Origin: a virus
Taxonomy: Duplodnaviria > Caudoviricetes
Direction: 5' to 3' (one strand)
DNA: 34,158 nucleotides
IMG/VR virus record: IMGVR_UViG_3300020044_002209
Location: 1-34,158 of that record
The stretch's first letter is position 1. Every line of letters starts with the position of its first letter. Positions 34,100-34,158 of the stretch are shown piece after piece. The notes below the pieces were generated by a model. The model was not told where the DNA came from. It made no database searches and saw only the letters and a program-made list of their open reading frames with translations. Both the position numbers and the translations under genes were made by a program.

Positions 34100-34158
34100 A
34101 ACTATATTTAAATAAAACAGAGTAAGGGTTATCACCTAGTTAATACTTCTTGATTGAT

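Noticed and set aside
34140-34158. Window ends joining to form a complete circular genome
   Set aside because: No terminal repeat is seen, and joining puts a TAG immediately before the open frame at position 3, so sequence is probably missing. Absence claims apply only to this window.

Overview
Most of the genome of a tailed dsDNA phage with podovirus-type virion genes. The host is probably an aquatic proteobacterium (inference). The minus strand carries, in transcription order: (1) ERF-SSB-exonuclease recombination genes; (2) small early genes, a C5 cytosine methyltransferase, a Ref/HNH-like nuclease, RusA and a ferritin-like protein; (3) a ParB-fused N4/N6 methylase, TerS, TerL, a glycosyltransferase, an FkbM methyltransferase and the portal; (4) a fibre-like gene cluster, scaffold, major capsid, decoration proteins and a Maf/DUF115-like transferase; (5) tail adaptor, nozzle, a GNAT protein, ejection proteins (one with an S74 chaperone, one with a GH73 lysin) and a Gly-rich tail fibre; (6) a holin/GH108 lysis cassette. 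The plus strand has a leaderless cro-like gene followed by about 590 nt of non-coding DNA, plus three small genes at the left edge. No integrase, CI repressor, polymerase, primase, helicase, tRNA or CRISPR is visible. The four most notable observations are: a C5 methyltransferase apparently split over two fully overlapping reading frames; three glycan-modifying enzymes embedded in head genes (possible virion glycosylation); a strong promoter driving a C4-like RNA, then a structured G-quadruplex-bearing non-coding tract (possible RNA-primed origin); and a small loop-E RNA candidate alongside duplicated operator/promoter cassettes. All family calls come from motif recognition by eye, not database searches.
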